Below, piece by piece: positions 22,295 through 24,075 of a stretch of DNA of 24,075 nucleotides. A program made the position numbers and the translations under genes. The DNA comes from a virus (Duplodnaviria; Caudoviricetes), in IMG/VR virus record IMGVR_UViG_3300049194_000074, positions 1 to 24,075 of that record, one strand, 5' to 3'. Below the pieces are notes generated by a model. It worked only from the letters and a program-made list of their open reading frames with translations. It made no database searches and was not told the DNA's origin. Each line of letters begins with the position of its first letter. Positions within the stretch are counted from its first letter, which is position 1.

Positions 22295-22902
22295 GTGTCT
22301 TCTCCTGCTTCGAGGGCCGGGGTGTCGAGTCGTTCGAGGGTGGCCGTGGTGGTGTCGTCGGTGTTGATGAGGCTGATGAGCTGGCTGATCTCGACGCTGA
22401 GTTCGTCGGCCTCGACGGAGAACCGCTGGGCGGCCTGGGTGCCGAGGAGCTTGGAGATCGACTCTTCGATGCGGTTGAGGCGGTCGAAGGCTTCGAGGGC
22501 GAAGCGGCGGTCTTCGATGGGGACGCCGTCCTGGAAGATGACCTTGCCCTGCTGGACGAGGACGTGTTCTTTGTTGAGGCTGTCCCAGATGTGCCGCTTC
22601 ATCATTTCGTAGTGCTGGAGCTGTTCCAGGCGCTTCTCGTCGATGTTGACCTGGTGGACCAGGGAGAGGCCGCGCTGGACGGCGGTGGCGGCGCGGCGGG
22701 GGTCGGGGTCGCCGGTGCGCCAGTCGGTGAGGCCGAGTTCTTCGGCGATCTCGTCGAGGGACCAGCCCATGGCCTTGAGGCGGGCGGCTTCGCGGTCCCT
22801 CTTGTAGTTGTGGCTGGCGGGGTAGCCCTCGGGGGTTTCTTCGGGGAGGAAGTCCTTGTCGGTGATGAGGGCGCGCTCGCCGAAGGGGATGTCGCTGGTC
22901 AT
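22291..22902 (-). CDS. HTH protein, probable terminase small subunit (203 aa)
   Basis: AGGAG before ATG 22902; HTH AARLKAMGWSLDEIAEELG; helical C-part with AFDRLNRIEESISKLLG; first gene of the leftward unit. Confidence 0.55.
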   Translation of the reverse strand: MTSDIPFGERALITDKDFLPEETPEGYPASHNYKRDREAARLKAMGWSLDEIAEELGLTDWRTGDPDPRRAATAVQRGLSLVHQVNIDEKRLEQLQHYEMMKRHIWDSLNKEHVLVQQGKVIFQDGVPIEDRRFALEAFDRLNRIEESISKLLGTQAAQRFSVEADELSVEISQLISLINTDDTTTATLERLDTPALEAGEDT

Positions 22903-22934
22903 GGTGGGTCTCCTGCCGAGGAGAGGTTGTGGAG

Positions 22935-22994
22935 CACCCCATGAGATGGGGTGGGTACACCGCATGATGGTGTGCCCACCCCATCTGATGGGGT
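22935..22994. promoter_or_regulatory. Nested palindrome array in a divergent promoter region
   Basis: 26-bp arms at 22936-22961 and 22969-22994 (24/26 symmetric), each containing ACCCCAT-N3-ATGGGGT. Confidence 0.7.
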
Positions 22995-23042
22995 AATGTT
23001 GTTGCTGTCGGACAGGGTCCGCACAAGAAGAAGGGGAAGTAC

Positions 23043-23588
23043 GTGACATCGGAACCGAAGACCGCGCGCAAGGTTAGGAAGCCTGTCGAGCCGGGCAGCA
23101 AGCGCTGGTACCGGGAGATGCTCCTGGAGAGGCTGGGGATCTGGTTCCTGCCTCTATGGACGGCCTATCTCACGGCCCGGCACGTCGACTGGAGCTGGGG
23201 CCCGGCGCTCATCGCGGCGGTGGTATCCCCCTGGGTCGTCGTGACCCTGGCGTTCCTGATGGTGATCCACGCGGTGTGGCGGGTCGATGTGAACGTCGAG
23301 GGCAACAGCCAGAACCCCTTCACCGAGAAGGACCACAAGGTGCTCGGCAGGGCTCTGCTGTTCACCGCACTCGGCGGTCTCTTCGTGGTCTTGTTCCCGA
23401 TCGTGCTCCTTGTGGTGGAGTTCACCGAGAGCCAGAGGGAGGCGATCGACATCTCCAGCGGCAGTGCCTTCATCGCGCTGATCGCGGTCCTCGCCGTCGG
23501 CGGCTCGTTCCACGCCACCCACAAGAAGGCGATGTGCGCGTGGAGGCAGCTCAAGGAGGCCCGCGCCGAGCTGGAGGAGGGCGTATGA
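23043..23588 (+). CDS. Multi-pass membrane protein, DUF2975-like (181 aa)
   Basis: About 4 hydrophobic helices, an NPFT motif, C-terminal LKEARAELEEGV; ATGA-coupled to an HTH gene, as in DUF2975-YozG pairs. Confidence 0.65.
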   Translation: MTSEPKTARKVRKPVEPGSKRWYREMLLERLGIWFLPLWTAYLTARHVDWSWGPALIAAVVSPWVVVTLAFLMVIHAVWRVDVNVEGNSQNPFTEKDHKVLGRALLFTALGGLFVVLFPIVLLVVEFTESQREAIDISSGSAFIALIAVLAVGGSFHATHKKAMCAWRQLKEARAELEEGV

Positions 23589-23815
23589 CCCAGGCGGGGA
23601 CGGGAGCCGAGCACATCCATCTGCGCCTTGCGGAGGTGATGGCGCAGCGCCGGGTGACCAATGAGGCCCTCGCCGAGCAGATCGGTCTCAGTGCGAATCA
23701 GCTGTCTCGGGCGAAGAACGGGGCCATCAAGTACATCCGGCTGGACACGCTGGCCAGGATGTGCCGTGAGCTGGACTGCCAGCCGGGCGATCTGCTGGTC
23801 TACGTGGAGAAGTGA
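23585..23815 (+). CDS. Cro/C1-type HTH regulator, YozG/HTH_26-like (76 aa)
   Basis: GGAGGAGG RBS; LAEQIGLSANQLSRAKNG...IRLDTLARMCRELDCQPGDLL. Confidence 0.9.
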   Translation: MTQAGTGAEHIHLRLAEVMAQRRVTNEALAEQIGLSANQLSRAKNGAIKYIRLDTLARMCRELDCQPGDLLVYVEK

Positions 23816-23860
23816 CGAAGCCCCGGCTCGGCCATCCCCCGGTGGGGCCGGGGCTTCGTC
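23814..23860 (+). terminator. Terminator-like hairpin
   Basis: Perfect 14-bp arms GACGAAGCCCCGGC / GCCGGGGCTTCGTC at the HTH stop codon. Confidence 0.7.
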
Positions 23861-23875
23861 GTCCACGACTCAACA

Positions 23876-23912
23876 CGAAAGGCCCCGTCCCTTTGCAGGG
23901 CGGGGCCTTTCG
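23876..23912. terminator. Second hairpin, possibly a bidirectional terminator
   Basis: CGAAAGGCCCCGTCCCT-ttgc-AGGGCGGGGCCTTTCG; AAA/TTT at the base of the stem. Confidence 0.7.
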
Positions 23913-23996
23913 CGCAGAAGAACCGTGTCATCAGCCAGCTTCCATGATGGCGCTGGTACGTCCAGTCTACGGAGGCAATACGAAGTACAAATAGCG

Positions 23997-24012
23997 TGTG
24001 ACGCAGGTCACT
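23997..24012. promoter_or_regulatory. Possible CRP-family binding box
   Basis: TGTGA-CGCAGG-TCACT, 9/10 match to TGTGA-N6-TCACA; intergenic; a TAGAGT -10-like hexamer lies at 24023-24028. Confidence 0.35.
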
Positions 24013-24075
24013 GGAGAACTGTTAGAGTGGCAGCTGATGGCGGTCGCCACCACACCCAACCCACTGCCATCACCC

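Noticed and set aside
22085-23101. 338-aa ORF spanning the terS-like gene
   Set aside because: It is an alternative-frame overlap; only the last 69 codons have an RBS and coupling.
23812-23994. 60-aa ORF after the HTH gene
   Set aside because: It runs through two terminator hairpins and has no protein-like features.

Overview
A high-GC (about 70% by eye) actinobacterial siphophage or prophage segment, probably from a Streptomyces-like host. Most of the window is a minus-strand virion morphogenesis module. Read right to left it runs: terS-like HTH gene and a chain of coupled micro-ORFs, accessory genes, terminase large subunit, HK97-type portal, ClpP-type prohead protease, HK97-fold major capsid, putative decoration proteins, head-tail adaptor/completion/terminator, two paralogous tail-tube-like genes, a tail assembly chaperone with an A-AAA-AAG -1 frameshift, a 1411-aa tape measure protein and the start of a further structural gene. 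No sheath gene is seen. About 4.3 kb of accessory DNA separates the terS-like gene from terL. It holds a tRNA-Trp(CCA), a candidate Acb2/Tad1-like helical-hairpin protein, a minimal Cys-His-Asp peptidase-fold protein, a 22-aa hydrophobic peptide, several Zn-binding microproteins, and a plus-strand Cre-like tyrosine recombinase preceded by an AT-rich lox-like inverted repeat. Notable non-coding elements are twin 32-nt hairpins sharing a 12-nt motif after the capsid terminator, a nested-palindrome array upstream of the terS-like gene, and a multi-hairpin spacer after terL. All family assignments come from motif recognition and gene order; no database search was run.
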